The notes under the pieces were generated by a model, which was given only the letters and a program-made list of their open reading frames with translations, was not told where the DNA came from and did no database searches. Below are positions 26,749 to 37,130 of a stretch of 54,847 nt of DNA, in pieces. Source of the stretch: Pseudomonadota bacterium (GTDB lineage Bacteria; Myxococcota; JACRCW01; JAFGSX01). The stretch lies in the NCBI GenBank assembly GCA_043821645.1, contig JBDRCO010000029.1, positions 1 to 54,847 of the forward strand. Direction: 5' to 3'. Within the stretch, counting starts at the first letter, position 1. The number at the start of each line of letters is the position of its first letter. Made by a program: the position numbers and the translations under genes.

Positions 26749-28266
26749 ATGCCTCCGACCTCCCCCAGCGACGATCCCCGGCACACCTTCGCCATCAGCG
26801 ACATTCACCTGTCGGATGCGCAGGTCGTGGATCCAGCCCGACCGCTGTGGAAACGCTTCAAGGGGCGCGACCTGTTCATCGACGACAGCCTGGCCCGCTG
26901 CCTGGCGCACCTGCGCGAACTGGCCGGGGCCGGAGAGCCCATCGAGCTGGTCCTCAATGGCGACATCTTCGACTTCGACTCGGTGATGGCCCTGCCCCGG
27001 TCGAGGGCCTTCCCGGTGAACTGGCTCGAGAGGCTGCGCGGTCTGGACGCCGAGCAGGACAAGTCGGTGTTCAAGATCCAGGTGATCCTGGGCGACCACC
27101 CGGCCTTCGTCACCGCGCTGCGCGAGTTCCTGAACGACGGTCACCAGGTGGCTTTCGTCATCGGCAATCACGACATGGAACTGCACTGGCCCGAAGTGCA
27201 GGCCGAGATCCGTCGCGCCCTCGACCTGACGACGGGGGCCGGTGAACGGCTGCGCTTCTGCGAGTGGTTCACCCTGAGCGGGGGCGACACGCTGCTGGAG
27301 CACGGCAACCAGTACGACAGCTACTGCGCGGCCACCGATCCCGTGCACCCGCGCATCCGCTGGCGCGGGATCGAGCGCATGCGGCTGCCTTTCGGCAACC
27401 TGGCGGGAAAACTGATGCTCAACGGCATGGGGCTGTTCAATCCTCACGTCGAGAGCAGCTTCATCCGCTCCCTGCCCGAGTACGCGGTCTTCTTCTGGCG
27501 CTACATGCTGCGAATACAGCCCTTGCTGCCCTGGACCTGGTTCTGGACCGCCTTGCTGACCCTGGTGATCACGGTGCGCGAGGGCTTGGCGCCTACGGTT
27601 CGCGACCCCTTCAGCCTCGACGAACAGGTGGAGGGGATCGCCCTGCGCGCGCGTGCCACTCCCAGGCTGGTGCGTGCCCTGCCGGCCCTGCGGGTGCGGC
27701 CGGCTTACTACAATCCGCTCAGCATTGCCCGCGAGCTGTGGCTGGACCGCGCGCTGCTGCTGGCCCTGGTTCTGTTCGGGACCTTTCAACTGTTCTCCAT
27801 CCTCAACGTCTTCGTCACCATGCCCATCTGGTGGTGGCTGGTGTTCTTCGTGCTGCTGCTGCCCCTGTTCATCCTGTACGCCCGCGGTGTCCACTCCGAC
27901 GTGGACAACTACGAGCGCGGCCTTCGTCGTTTGCTGCCGGAGGTGGCGCGGCTTGCCGGCGTCACGCGCCTGGTGATGGGCCACACCCACAAGGAGAAGC
28001 ACACCGAGATCGAGGGCGTCGAGCTGCTCAACTCAGGCACCTGGTCGCCGGCCTACCACGACGTGGAGTGCACCCGACCCTTCGGCCGTACCTGCTTCGT
28101 GTGGCTGCACCCCCAGGGCGAGGGTTCCGGTCGTGTCGCCGAGCTGCGGCAGTGGCAGGATCCCGGCTCCCAGGTGATCCCGCGCGACACAAAGGGAGCC
28201 CAGCGCCCCTCGCCCATCGTCGAGAAATTCGCGCGCATCACGGACAAGTTCAAGAGGGTGGAGTGA
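26749..28266 (+). CDS. Membrane-associated calcineurin-like metallophosphoesterase
   Basis: SDIH, NGDIFD, GNHD, EHG and GHTH motifs; hydrophobic TM block between motifs IV and V. Confidence 0.85.
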   Translation: MPPTSPSDDPRHTFAISDIHLSDAQVVDPARPLWKRFKGRDLFIDDSLARCLAHLRELAGAGEPIELVLNGDIFDFDSVMALPRSRAFPVNWLERLRGLDAEQDKSVFKIQVILGDHPAFVTALREFLNDGHQVAFVIGNHDMELHWPEVQAEIRRALDLTTGAGERLRFCEWFTLSGGDTLLEHGNQYDSYCAATDPVHPRIRWRGIERMRLPFGNLAGKLMLNGMGLFNPHVESSFIRSLPEYAVFFWRYMLRIQPLLPWTWFWTALLTLVITVREGLAPTVRDPFSLDEQVEGIALRARATPRLVRALPALRVRPAYYNPLSIARELWLDRALLLALVLFGTFQLFSILNVFVTMPIWWWLVFFVLLLPLFILYARGVHSDVDNYERGLRRLLPEVARLAGVTRLVMGHTHKEKHTEIEGVELLNSGTWSPAYHDVECTRPFGRTCFVWLHPQGEGSGRVAELRQWQDPGSQVIPRDTKGAQRPSPIVEKFARITDKFKRVE

Positions 28267-28381
28267 ATCTTCTTCGTCGACGGCGTGGTGGTGCCCCGGC
28301 CGGGCGACCAGCCGCCACCCCTTGCCCGACGCCCAGACCTGACCGACGAAGAGGTCCGTGGAGCGTACTCGGAGGGTCCCC

Positions 28382-28789
28382 ATGCAGAAACTCACTCTCG
28401 TGCTGCTCGCAGGTGCGCTGGGGATGGCCTGCGTTCCGTCGATCACACCCGGTCAGAAGGTGGAAGGCACCATAGACTTCGCGGACAACGCGAAGCAGAG
28501 CAACGCCACCGACAACACCTACTACTCGGACACCTACCGACTCGGCGGTGCCAAGGGGGACCGCTTTCACGTCGAACTCTGGGCTGACGACGGCGCGCGC
28601 ATGAACCTGGAGCAGGTGCGGGAAGAGGGCACCTACCCCGAGGACATCTGCTCCGCCTCGGGGGAGGGCCACGACGACGGCGAGGCCGAGCTGAAGTTCG
28701 ATGGTGACAATTTCTTCAACGTCTACCTGATCGACCAGGACATGACCGAGAAAGGTGTCGGCTATTCGTTCTTGTTCACCGCGCGCTAG
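28382..28789 (+). CDS. Small hypothetical lipoprotein (PPC-like beta-sandwich)
   Basis: GGAGG RBS and MQKLTLVLLAGALGMAC lipoprotein signal; YSDTY......GD.F.V.L pattern. Confidence 0.75.
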   Translation: MQKLTLVLLAGALGMACVPSITPGQKVEGTIDFADNAKQSNATDNTYYSDTYRLGGAKGDRFHVELWADDGARMNLEQVREEGTYPEDICSASGEGHDDGEAELKFDGDNFFNVYLIDQDMTEKGVGYSFLFTAR

Positions 28790-28807
28790 CGTGGGAGAGC
28801 AAGGACA

Positions 28808-30220
28808 ATGAGGACTCCGCGCCCGTCATCCGCCTGGCCCTCCCTGGCCGGTCCCGCTGTGCTTGTGCTGGCCACGGTGCTGGCGTGCGATGAGCCCGCC
28901 GTCGAGGCCCTGGCCGACCGGGGCGCCCTCGCCGACGCGGGGCACAACGACGCAGGTTCGCTCGACGCACACACGAGCGATCATGCGAGCGGGGACGCAC
29001 CGCCGACACAGGACGCGGCCCTCGCCGTGGACCGCTGGATTGCCGACGTCATGGCAGGGGATCCCGGCAGCGCGCGTCCCGACGCCGGAGCGCCCGACCT
29101 TGCCACCGTGGCGGACAGCGGGAGCGGTTTCGACGCCGGTCACCAGCTCCCCGCACCGCTGGTGCTGCTACATCTCTCGGACATCCACTTCGGCTCGGGC
29201 AGCTTCGCGGTCCCGGCCTTCGAGCTAGCCACGGACGAGATCATCCCCACCGTCGCGCCCCTGGTCACCTTCGCCAGTGGTGACCTGGTCGAGGTCGGCA
29301 ACAACGCCGAGGCCTGGGACGACTACATGGCCCACCTCGACGCCTCGGGTCTCGACGATCAGAACTTCATCGAGGTTCCCGGCAACCACGACATCTACCT
29401 GGACCTGGATCTCAGCGAGTACCTGGCGCACACCCTGGCGGGCCGCGCTGGCCATGGCACGCACGGGCTCTACAGCCTGAGCAGCGCCTGGGGCCGGCTG
29501 CGGGTGCTGGCCCTGGACACCGTCAGCAGCGGAGATCCCCTGCGCGACTCCACCGGCTACCTGGCTCCCGCGCAGGTGGACGAACTGATCGCCGTCATGG
29601 CGACCGAGACCGAGCCCGCGGCGATCACCGTGGCGCTTGGACACCACCCCATCGACATCGACGGCCTGTCGCTGTTCAACACCGACGACGACCTGCTGCG
29701 CGTGCTCGACGCCGCCGGGGCCGACGCCTACCTGTTTGGCCACCGCCACATCCACATGCTCAGCTGGCGCGGAAGCTGCCTGTTCTCCATGGCGCGCACC
29801 CTGGGCAATCCGGGCGACGCGAACGCTGCCAGTCGGGCCGGGTTCAACATCCTGGTCTACGACGACGGCCTCACGGCACGCGGCGTCCCCCTCGACGAGG
29901 CGAACATGGCCGTGCCCTGGCCCGTGGTGATGATCACGCGGCCCGCCAACCCGGCGCTGGGTTCGGGCAATCCCTGGGCCCAGCCACTCCCGCGCGCCAG
30001 CGGCGAGCAGTTGCTGCGGGCGATGGTGTTCGCACCGGGGGTGACACCCGAACCGTTGCGCTACCGCGTCGACGACGGAGCCTGGCAGACCATGCGGCGC
30101 GTCGACCGGCACTACGAGGCGCGCTTCGAGACACCGGACGCGGCGCAGTGCCAGCTCGAGGTCGAGGCCGCAACGGCGGGAGTCCTGGCCCGGGATATCC
30201 TCCACATCGACCTGCAGTAG
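28808..30220 (+). CDS. Metallophosphoesterase lipoprotein
   Basis: VLAC lipobox; HLSDIH, SGDL, PGNHD, GHHP and GHRH motifs. Confidence 0.87.
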   Translation: MRTPRPSSAWPSLAGPAVLVLATVLACDEPAVEALADRGALADAGHNDAGSLDAHTSDHASGDAPPTQDAALAVDRWIADVMAGDPGSARPDAGAPDLATVADSGSGFDAGHQLPAPLVLLHLSDIHFGSGSFAVPAFELATDEIIPTVAPLVTFASGDLVEVGNNAEAWDDYMAHLDASGLDDQNFIEVPGNHDIYLDLDLSEYLAHTLAGRAGHGTHGLYSLSSAWGRLRVLALDTVSSGDPLRDSTGYLAPAQVDELIAVMATETEPAAITVALGHHPIDIDGLSLFNTDDDLLRVLDAAGADAYLFGHRHIHMLSWRGSCLFSMARTLGNPGDANAASRAGFNILVYDDGLTARGVPLDEANMAVPWPVVMITRPANPALGSGNPWAQPLPRASGEQLLRAMVFAPGVTPEPLRYRVDDGAWQTMRRVDRHYEARFETPDAAQCQLEVEAATAGVLARDILHIDLQ

Positions 30221-30287
30221 CGGCCGGTGGGGCCAGGGCTGCGGCGTGCCCACCCCTGCGATATGTGGAGCAGCTCAAGGAGGCCCC

Positions 30288-30929
30288 ATGACACCGCTGG
30301 TCGACCCCGCCCTGGAGACCTACGCCGCCGAGCACTCGGCTGCGCTGCCGCCGCTGCTCGACGAGGTGCGCGCCTTCACCTACGCCCAGGTCGAGGACGC
30401 CCACATGATCGTGGACCGCGGCGAGGGCGCCTTTCTGCGCCTGCTGGTGCGCCTGGTACAGGCCCGCCGCGTGCTCGAGGTGGGCACTTTCACCGGCTAC
30501 AGCGCCCTGGCCATGGCCAGCGCCCTTGCCGACGACGGTCGCCTGATCACCTGCGAGCTGGATCCTCACAACGCCGACATCGCCCAGGGCTTCTTTGACC
30601 GCAGCCCCGACGGCACCAAGATCGAGCTTTGCCGCGGCCCGGCCCTGGATAGCCTGCGGGCCCTCGACGGGCCCTTTGACCTGATCTTCCTCGACGCCGA
30701 CAAGGAGAACTACCCCGCCTACCTGGAGCTGGCCGTGCCCCGGCTGCGCCCCGGTGGCCTGCTGGTGGCGGACAACGTGCTGTGGAGCGGCCGCATCATC
30801 GACGCAACCCACCAGGAGGAGACCACCCGCGCCCTGCGCCGCTTCAACGATCTGGTGCGCGAGGACGCCCGCCTGGAGCCTGTGCTGCTCACCGTGCGCG
30901 ATGGAGTCAGCGTGTCCTGGCGCTGCTGA
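30288..30929 (+). CDS. SAM-dependent O-methyltransferase (caffeoyl-CoA/COMT-like)
   Basis: VLEVGTFTGYSAL, FDLIFLDADKENY and GGLLVADNVLWSG motifs; AGGAGG RBS. Confidence 0.93.
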   Translation: MTPLVDPALETYAAEHSAALPPLLDEVRAFTYAQVEDAHMIVDRGEGAFLRLLVRLVQARRVLEVGTFTGYSALAMASALADDGRLITCELDPHNADIAQGFFDRSPDGTKIELCRGPALDSLRALDGPFDLIFLDADKENYPAYLELAVPRLRPGGLLVADNVLWSGRIIDATHQEETTRALRRFNDLVREDARLEPVLLTVRDGVSVSWRC

Positions 30930-31082
30930 TCGCGCTGCGACTTTTCTCACTTCGTGACATCCTTGGTTGGGACCGGCAGCGTGCCGGTGAGCTTGTGTGC
31001 GCGTCGTCACACCCGGGTCGAAGCGCGGTCCAAAGCGCCGCTGGCCCGGCTATGAAGCGAGAGACCTGTCCGAGGACAAAAC

Positions 31083-32945
31083 ATGCGACCATGGACCGTG
31101 ATGCTCCTGTTCTCTGCCGTCTCGGCCTGCGTGGTCGAGCACGCGACCGATGACGGTAGCTACAGGCCGGTGTTTCGTGACGCCGCCGGGAGCGACGCGG
31201 CGGCTGTCGATGCGGGCCCCGGCCATGACGCGAGCGGGACCGACCTGGGCATCCCGGACAGCGCCAGGCCGGACAGCGCGGCTCGCGACCAGCACAGCAG
31301 CGACTCCGCGAGACCTGACAGCGCAGTGGCCGACGCCACCACGGCCTGCAGCGTCGACGACAGCTACGAGCCCAACGACATCGCCAGTGAGGCCACACCC
31401 ATCAGCGTGCCGGTGCGCTTCGACAGCCTGGTGGGCTGCGACGACGACTGGTACAGCTTCACCGCGCCGGCGGGCTCCGGCGTCGAGGTCAAGCTCGAGT
31501 TCGTCGATGCCGTGGCGGACCTCGACCTCTACCTGAGCCGCGCCTCGGACGGCTCCAGCATTGACTCGTCCCTGTCCACCACCGACGACGAGCTGGTGCA
31601 GGCCCCGCTGCAGGTGACGGCCACGCCCATGCGCATCCGGGTCAGGCATTTCTCGGGCAGCAGCGCGCCATACGCCCTCGAGGTCCGCTTGCTCGGCCCC
31701 CCGGCCAACGACACCTGTGCCGCGGCCGAGAGCGTGACCCTGCCCAGCAATGGCACGTCCGCGTGGATAGACGCGAGCACGACGATGGCGTCGGATAGCA
31801 GGAGTTCCAGCACCAGCGGTTGCCAGATCCTGACGGCGGGCTCTCCAGGCCCTGACCTTTTTTACACCTTCGTGGCGCCGGCAACGGGCTTCTTGCTCGC
31901 CGAGCTGTGGGAATCGGAATGGCAGGGCGTGATCTCGGTGTTCGAAAGCTGCGGCGCGAGCACCGAGCTGGCTTGTGGCAGTGCCGCGCTCGCGGTCCCC
32001 ATCCAGGCGGGACACAGCTACGTTGTCGCAGTGGACGCGAAGTCCACGGGCAGCGGCGAGTTCTCGCTGGACTTGAGGTATCAGGCGGCCCCCACCAACG
32101 ACACCTGCGCCGGCGCCAAGACCCTGGATCCTCCGACGGATGGCTACATCCTGGTCACCAACGGTCACACCGGCACGGGGACGGATACCCGCTCGGCCAC
32201 CAGCTCGAGCGAGTACTGCCAGGCCACGGCCCGGTTCGCACCGGACCTGTACTACACCTTCATGGCGTCCCGAAATGGCACTGTGCGCGCAAAGCTCAAC
32301 GCCTGGGACTGGGACGCGAGCATGTACGTGCTCGAGGGGGGGTGCGGCGCCTCGACCGAGCTGGTCTGCAACGGCGAGTTCTACGTCAAGGATCCCCTGT
32401 GGTACCGCTTTGACGTGGTGCAGGGTCAGACCTACGTCGTGGTGGTCGATGGCTACGCCGACACCTGCTGCAGCCCAGCCAGCGGCTCTTTCGAGGTGGG
32501 GCTGGGCTACTACATCCAGCCTGCGACCCTGCAGGGAGGCGAGACCTGTGCCCAGGCCGTGCCCCTGGTGGGGAGCAGCGGCACCGTTCACGGCACGACC
32601 GAGACGGGCGTCAACGACCTGTCACCCGACGCCATGGGCTGCAACCTGGCGGCACCCGGCAACGACACCTTCTACAAGCTGACGCTGGCCCCGGGTCAGA
32701 GTGCCACCATCACCCTGCAGCATGGCGATCCCTACAAGGGGGCTGTGCTGGTCACCATGCGCGCCGATTGCCCGGTACGCGGGGACTCGTGCCTGGACGC
32801 GGAGACCTTTTCCGCGAGCGAGTTCGCCACCCAGTATATCGTCAACAGCGGCACCACGGCTGCCGACTACTTCGTCGTCGTCGACGCCTACGCGACCTAC
32901 TACGGCGAGCCTTATGACCTGAAGTGGACGATCACCGGGCCATGA
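31083..32945 (+). CDS. Multi-domain surface lipoprotein (PPC-like plus repeated NDTC..A beta-sandwich domains), paralog 1
   Basis: Lipobox VSAC-VVEHATDD; DDSYEPND/DDDWY/DLDLY PPC-type domain; repeated P.NDTC..A..DL.Y.F..Y.V.VD modules. Confidence 0.82.
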   Translation: MRPWTVMLLFSAVSACVVEHATDDGSYRPVFRDAAGSDAAAVDAGPGHDASGTDLGIPDSARPDSAARDQHSSDSARPDSAVADATTACSVDDSYEPNDIASEATPISVPVRFDSLVGCDDDWYSFTAPAGSGVEVKLEFVDAVADLDLYLSRASDGSSIDSSLSTTDDELVQAPLQVTATPMRIRVRHFSGSSAPYALEVRLLGPPANDTCAAAESVTLPSNGTSAWIDASTTMASDSRSSSTSGCQILTAGSPGPDLFYTFVAPATGFLLAELWESEWQGVISVFESCGASTELACGSAALAVPIQAGHSYVVAVDAKSTGSGEFSLDLRYQAAPTNDTCAGAKTLDPPTDGYILVTNGHTGTGTDTRSATSSSEYCQATARFAPDLYYTFMASRNGTVRAKLNAWDWDASMYVLEGGCGASTELVCNGEFYVKDPLWYRFDVVQGQTYVVVVDGYADTCCSPASGSFEVGLGYYIQPATLQGGETCAQAVPLVGSSGTVHGTTETGVNDLSPDAMGCNLAAPGNDTFYKLTLAPGQSATITLQHGDPYKGAVLVTMRADCPVRGDSCLDAETFSASEFATQYIVNSGTTAADYFVVVDAYATYYGEPYDLKWTITGP

Positions 32946-32973
32946 TCTGTCGTGGAATGTCTAAGGAGCTGTG

Positions 32974-35046
32974 ATGAACAATCTGTATCGATTCACGTTT
33001 GTTGCGTCGCTCGCTGTGCTTGCAGCCTGTCCTGTGGAGCACGCCACCGATGACAGCGGCTTCACGCCCGTGCACCACGATGCAGGCGACAGCGACGCCC
33101 TGGTGCTGGACGCTGCGGCCCCGGACCTGGTGGGACAGGACCTGACGGGCCGCGACACGGCGACTCCGGATACCCGAAGAGACGATGCGGCGGTCGTGCA
33201 GGACGCTGCCCGGGTGGATGGCGCCGGAGTGGATGGTGCCGCGGTGGATGGCGCTGTCGTCGATGGCGGTGGTGTGGATTCCAGCTCTGGAACGGATGGC
33301 TCGATGAGCGATACCGCCAGCTCGGCGGACGCGACCGCCGGCGATGCGGGCACCGCCCAGGACGTCGACGCTATCCGGGACGCCGCGGGTGTGGACGCCA
33401 CCTCTGGAACCTGCACCAGCGACGACAGCTTCGAGGAGAACGACGACGTCAGCCATGCCCCGGCGCTGGATATCTCCTTGGAGTACAACCTGACCGGGTG
33501 CGATGACGACTGGTTCTCTTTCACCGTGCCCGCCAACCAGGGGCTGGTCATTGATATTCTGTTCACGGATGCGGTGGCAGATCTCGACCTCGCGCTCTAC
33601 CGCGCCGATAACATCACGCGCTCGCTCGACACCTCGATGTCCACGTCGGACAACGAGCAGGTCAACCTGGCCCCCCAGGCTGCGGAGACCGCTCTGCTGC
33701 TCAGGGTCGATCACTATTCCGGGGGCAGCGCGCCCTACACCCTGCGCTTCACCACCTATCCACCTCCGGACAACGACAGCTGCGAGCAGGCCCAGGTGGT
33801 CACCGTGCCAGCGAATGGCAGCCAGGTCAGCGTGACAGGTTCCACCCTGGCGGCGGGCGACAGCCGGGAATCCACGATGTCCTCGTGCCACAACCCGAGC
33901 ACCGGGAGCATCACGCGCGACGTGTTCTACCAGTTCACCATGGGCGCAGGTTTGACTGGCCACGTGTTCGCGGAGCTGATCACCGACGGCTGGTACGGCG
34001 TGGTGTATGCCTTTGAAGGCGACTGCAACGCCAGCGCGGATCTGGACTGTTCCTCGAGCAGAGCGGTGTTCCCGGTGACAGGAGGGCACACGTACTATGT
34101 CGCGGTCGATGGCGAGGTAACCGGCGACGAAGGCACCTTCGAGCTGCGTTTGCACTATCGCCCCATCCCGGTCAACGACACCTGCGCCGGCGCCGAGACC
34201 TTCGTGCTGCCCACGGACGGCAGTGTGGTGCAGGTGTCCGGCGACACCGCCGAGGGCACCCACACCCTCGATGCGCAGAGCAGCTCCAGCTACTGCCAGG
34301 CCACGGTGACCTACGCGCCCGAGCTGTTCTACGCCTTCACCGCGGCCAGCACCGGAACCGTGCACCTCGAGCTGGACATGGACTGGAGGGCCTCGATCTA
34401 CGTGCAGGACGGAGCCTGTGGGGCCAGCCCCGCGGAGCACATGTGCTGGGGCATGTACAGCACCTCGCGCGTACCTCCGCTGTGGTACCGCTTCGAGGTC
34501 CAGCAGGGAGCGAGCTACACCGTGGTGGTCGACGGCTACGCCGATGTCTGCTGCAGCGAATCGCAGGGGCCTTTCACCTTGAGCGCCCGCTATGTCTTTG
34601 CACCGCCCGCGCTCCAGGGCGGGGAGACCTGCCTCGACGCGGTGGCCTTGACGGGAGCCAGCGGGAGTCTGCGCGGCGACACCAGCGGCGCCGTGCACGA
34701 CGTGTCCGCGATCGACGTGGGCTGCTACAACAGCAGCAGTGGTGGTGATCTCTTTTACAGGCTGACCGTTCCTGCCGGCCGTACGGCCACCCTGCGCGTG
34801 GAGCACAGCGAGCCCTACTTCCCCCTGCTGGCCTACGTGCTGAACAGCAACTGCCCGGTGCGCGGCGACTCCTGCATGGTCGTTGGCGGCGATGAGCTGG
34901 AACTGAAGCTGGGCAGCGGCCCCTCGTGGGGCGAGCTGGCGTGGACCAACAGCAGCACCGCCAGCGTTGACTACTTCGTGGTCATCGACGCCACGTCCTT
35001 CGGCTACGGAGAAACCTTTGACCTGTCGTGGGACATAACACCCTGA
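32974..35046 (+). CDS. Multi-domain surface lipoprotein, tandem paralog 2 of 31083-32945
   Basis: Lipobox LAAC-PVEHATDD; same domain order and long shared motifs (SSS.YCQAT...AP.L.Y.F, PLWYRF.V.QG..Y.VVVDGYAD.CCS, LQGGETC, CPVRGDSC); AAGGAG RBS. Confidence 0.85.
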   Translation: MNNLYRFTFVASLAVLAACPVEHATDDSGFTPVHHDAGDSDALVLDAAAPDLVGQDLTGRDTATPDTRRDDAAVVQDAARVDGAGVDGAAVDGAVVDGGGVDSSSGTDGSMSDTASSADATAGDAGTAQDVDAIRDAAGVDATSGTCTSDDSFEENDDVSHAPALDISLEYNLTGCDDDWFSFTVPANQGLVIDILFTDAVADLDLALYRADNITRSLDTSMSTSDNEQVNLAPQAAETALLLRVDHYSGGSAPYTLRFTTYPPPDNDSCEQAQVVTVPANGSQVSVTGSTLAAGDSRESTMSSCHNPSTGSITRDVFYQFTMGAGLTGHVFAELITDGWYGVVYAFEGDCNASADLDCSSSRAVFPVTGGHTYYVAVDGEVTGDEGTFELRLHYRPIPVNDTCAGAETFVLPTDGSVVQVSGDTAEGTHTLDAQSSSSYCQATVTYAPELFYAFTAASTGTVHLELDMDWRASIYVQDGACGASPAEHMCWGMYSTSRVPPLWYRFEVQQGASYTVVVDGYADVCCSESQGPFTLSARYVFAPPALQGGETCLDAVALTGASGSLRGDTSGAVHDVSAIDVGCYNSSSGGDLFYRLTVPAGRTATLRVEHSEPYFPLLAYVLNSNCPVRGDSCMVVGGDELELKLGSGPSWGELAWTNSSTASVDYFVVIDATSFGYGETFDLSWDITP
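33214..33279 (+). repeat. 15 bp in-frame tandem repeat (VDGAG-VDGAA-VDGAV-VDGGG-VD) in a lipoprotein linker
   Basis: GT(G/C)GATGG unit repeated four times plus a partial fifth copy. Confidence 0.8.
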
Positions 35047-35188
35047 GTGCCCTGGGTGGGCTCCTGGCGGCAGCATTTCCCGCTAGGAATCGACGCCACG
35101 CGCGTTACCATGAATGGCTCGCTCTCCATACCTGGGTCTCCCTCGGGGAACTCAAACGATGCTCACATCATGTCAAGGAGATGTGTCC

Positions 35189-36103
35189 ATGTTAGAGAAG
35201 TTGCGCCAGCTCCTGGCTCTGATCGTGGTCGCTGGAGCTCTGCTGGGGCCCACGGCGGCTCGGGCGGCCTACGTCGTTGAGCCCGTTCCCCGGATCATCC
35301 CCTACGTCGGGCACCTCGAGCACAACGGCCAGGCCGTGCATGGTGCCACAGCGATGACCTTCACCCTGTACGCCTCGCTCGCCGACTGCCAGCAGGGCAA
35401 CAACGCCAGCTGGACCGCGACCCGGGCTGCGGTGGTGGTGAATGCTGGTGCGTTCTCGGTTCTGCTCGGTGACGCCGGCGCGGGCGATCCGGCCATCCCG
35501 GACAGTCTGTTCCGGGCAGCGCCCATTGGCCTCACCATCGCGGTGGAGGGCAGCTCGCTCAGCGGCTGCCAGGCCGTGATGCCGGTGGCGCTGGCGCAGC
35601 GGAGCTCCGGGGACGTTCCCATCGGCACCGTCATCGACTGGTGGCGACCGGATGCCACCGTCGACGTCCCCGCGGGCTACAAGATCTGCGATGGCACGGC
35701 GATCAGCGAGCCGCGCTCGCCCTTCAATGGCAAGAGTGTGCCCGACCTGAGCAACAAGTTCGTGCGGGGAGTCACCAGTCCCGCGCAGATCGGCACCAGT
35801 GGCGGCCAGGACGGCGAGCTGGCGCACCAGCCCAGTGCGCACTCACATCGCTGGGCCCTCTTCAGCTCGAACGAGAACTGGTGGAGCTGGAACGACAGTG
35901 GCACCTTCGAGCAACTCATGAACTGGGGAGATGGCCTCGACAGCGCCGGCAATGGCATCTATCCCTTGGCGCACGACGGCGGGACCTCGAGCGACAGGTA
36001 TTACCGGACCGAATCTCATGAGCACGGCCACCTGCCTCCCGCTGCCGCGGATGCAAATGTCCCGGCCTATGTCGGCCTGCTCAAGCTGATGCGCATCTTC
36101 TGA
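35189..36103 (+). CDS. Secreted protein with phage tail-collar-like domain
   Basis: Signal peptide (ARA); VPIGTVI.WW......P.GY.ICDG...VPDL..KFVRG collar motif; C-terminal N.P.YV.L..LMRI as in tail-fibre tips; AAGGAG RBS. Confidence 0.72.
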   Translation: MLEKLRQLLALIVVAGALLGPTAARAAYVVEPVPRIIPYVGHLEHNGQAVHGATAMTFTLYASLADCQQGNNASWTATRAAVVVNAGAFSVLLGDAGAGDPAIPDSLFRAAPIGLTIAVEGSSLSGCQAVMPVALAQRSSGDVPIGTVIDWWRPDATVDVPAGYKICDGTAISEPRSPFNGKSVPDLSNKFVRGVTSPAQIGTSGGQDGELAHQPSAHSHRWALFSSNENWWSWNDSGTFEQLMNWGDGLDSAGNGIYPLAHDGGTSSDRYYRTESHEHGHLPPAAADANVPAYVGLLKLMRIF

Positions 36104-36324
36104 CAGCGGGCGGGCTCCGGGTGGTGTGCAAGCGGGCTGCCGCTCCCGGTGTGCTTCGAAATCGAGTTGATCCGACAACATGGTGGGGCCTCGCCTGGGC
36201 TCCCCACCGCGCGACCCATCCATACTTTTCGGTGTGCGGTGATGTGGCCGTGGCCCGACCTGGCCGGGCGCGCCCATCCCGCAACGCCAGGAGTGGACAG
36301 GGAACGCCCGGCACGGCGTCTGCG

Positions 36325-37029
36325 TCAGCGTGCTTTCGAGTTCATCGGTGCCGCCGCCGACCCCGCTCCACCTCGTGCAGCAATCCACAGGAAGAAGCCG
36401 GTGGCGACGAGAGCGATGGCGATCCACAGCACGCCCCAGAACACCGGCGGCAGCAAAAAGGCCTTCGACATGGCCCAGGCATCGGAGCCCGGTACCGTGC
36501 GCGAGATCAGATCCTCCTTGATGTCGATGACCGCGTACATCGACGAGGTCAGACCCAGAAACTTGAGCCACAGGTCGTTGATCTGCTCCGGGGCCCAGCG
36601 GCCGAGCCCGACCAGCAGCAGCCCGAAGCCGAGACCGAAGACGAAACCGAACAGGCTGCGCACGTACAGCACGGTCACCAGCAGCACCATCACGCCGAGA
36701 CCCATCGAGATCAGGCGGTCGTGACGAGTACGGGCCGCACCGACGAGAATCAGACCACCGAAGAACATGCTGCCCAGGTAGCCGGCGGGCAGCACCAGGA
36801 GGGTCCACCCTCCGCGCGACCAGCACACACCACCGAGGTTGGCGCTGAGCTCGATGCGCACGATCTCGCCGCCGCTGACCACCGCTGCCAGGCCGTGCCC
36901 CAGCTCGTGCAGCAGCACCACGAAGACCTTGATCGGGTACATGAAGGCCCAGTCCCAGAAGAACAGGGCGAGCAGGAACATGCCGATCAGGGGCCCCAGG
37001 ACCTTGAGGTCGATGCGCTGTGCGCTCAT
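36325..37029 (-). CDS. M50 family (M50B-like) membrane metallopeptidase
   Basis: HELGH zinc motif, AGYLGS and SDA motifs, multiple TM helices. Confidence 0.88.
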   Translation of the reverse strand: MSAQRIDLKVLGPLIGMFLLALFFWDWAFMYPIKVFVVLLHELGHGLAAVVSGGEIVRIELSANLGGVCWSRGGWTLLVLPAGYLGSMFFGGLILVGAARTRHDRLISMGLGVMVLLVTVLYVRSLFGFVFGLGFGLLLVGLGRWAPEQINDLWLKFLGLTSSMYAVIDIKEDLISRTVPGSDAWAMSKAFLLPPVFWGVLWIAIALVATGFFLWIAARGGAGSAAAPMNSKAR

Positions 37030-37130
37030 GTCGCTGTTATACGGCCAAGCGGTCCATGAGTTCCACCTGCCTGCGCCTGGACAGCGGGTGTTGCCGGCAG
37101 TGGCACCCTTCCACGCCTGCCGCAAGCGCG

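Noticed and set aside
35189-36103. Prophage
   Set aside because: A single collar-domain gene with a signal peptide; no other phage genes in the window.
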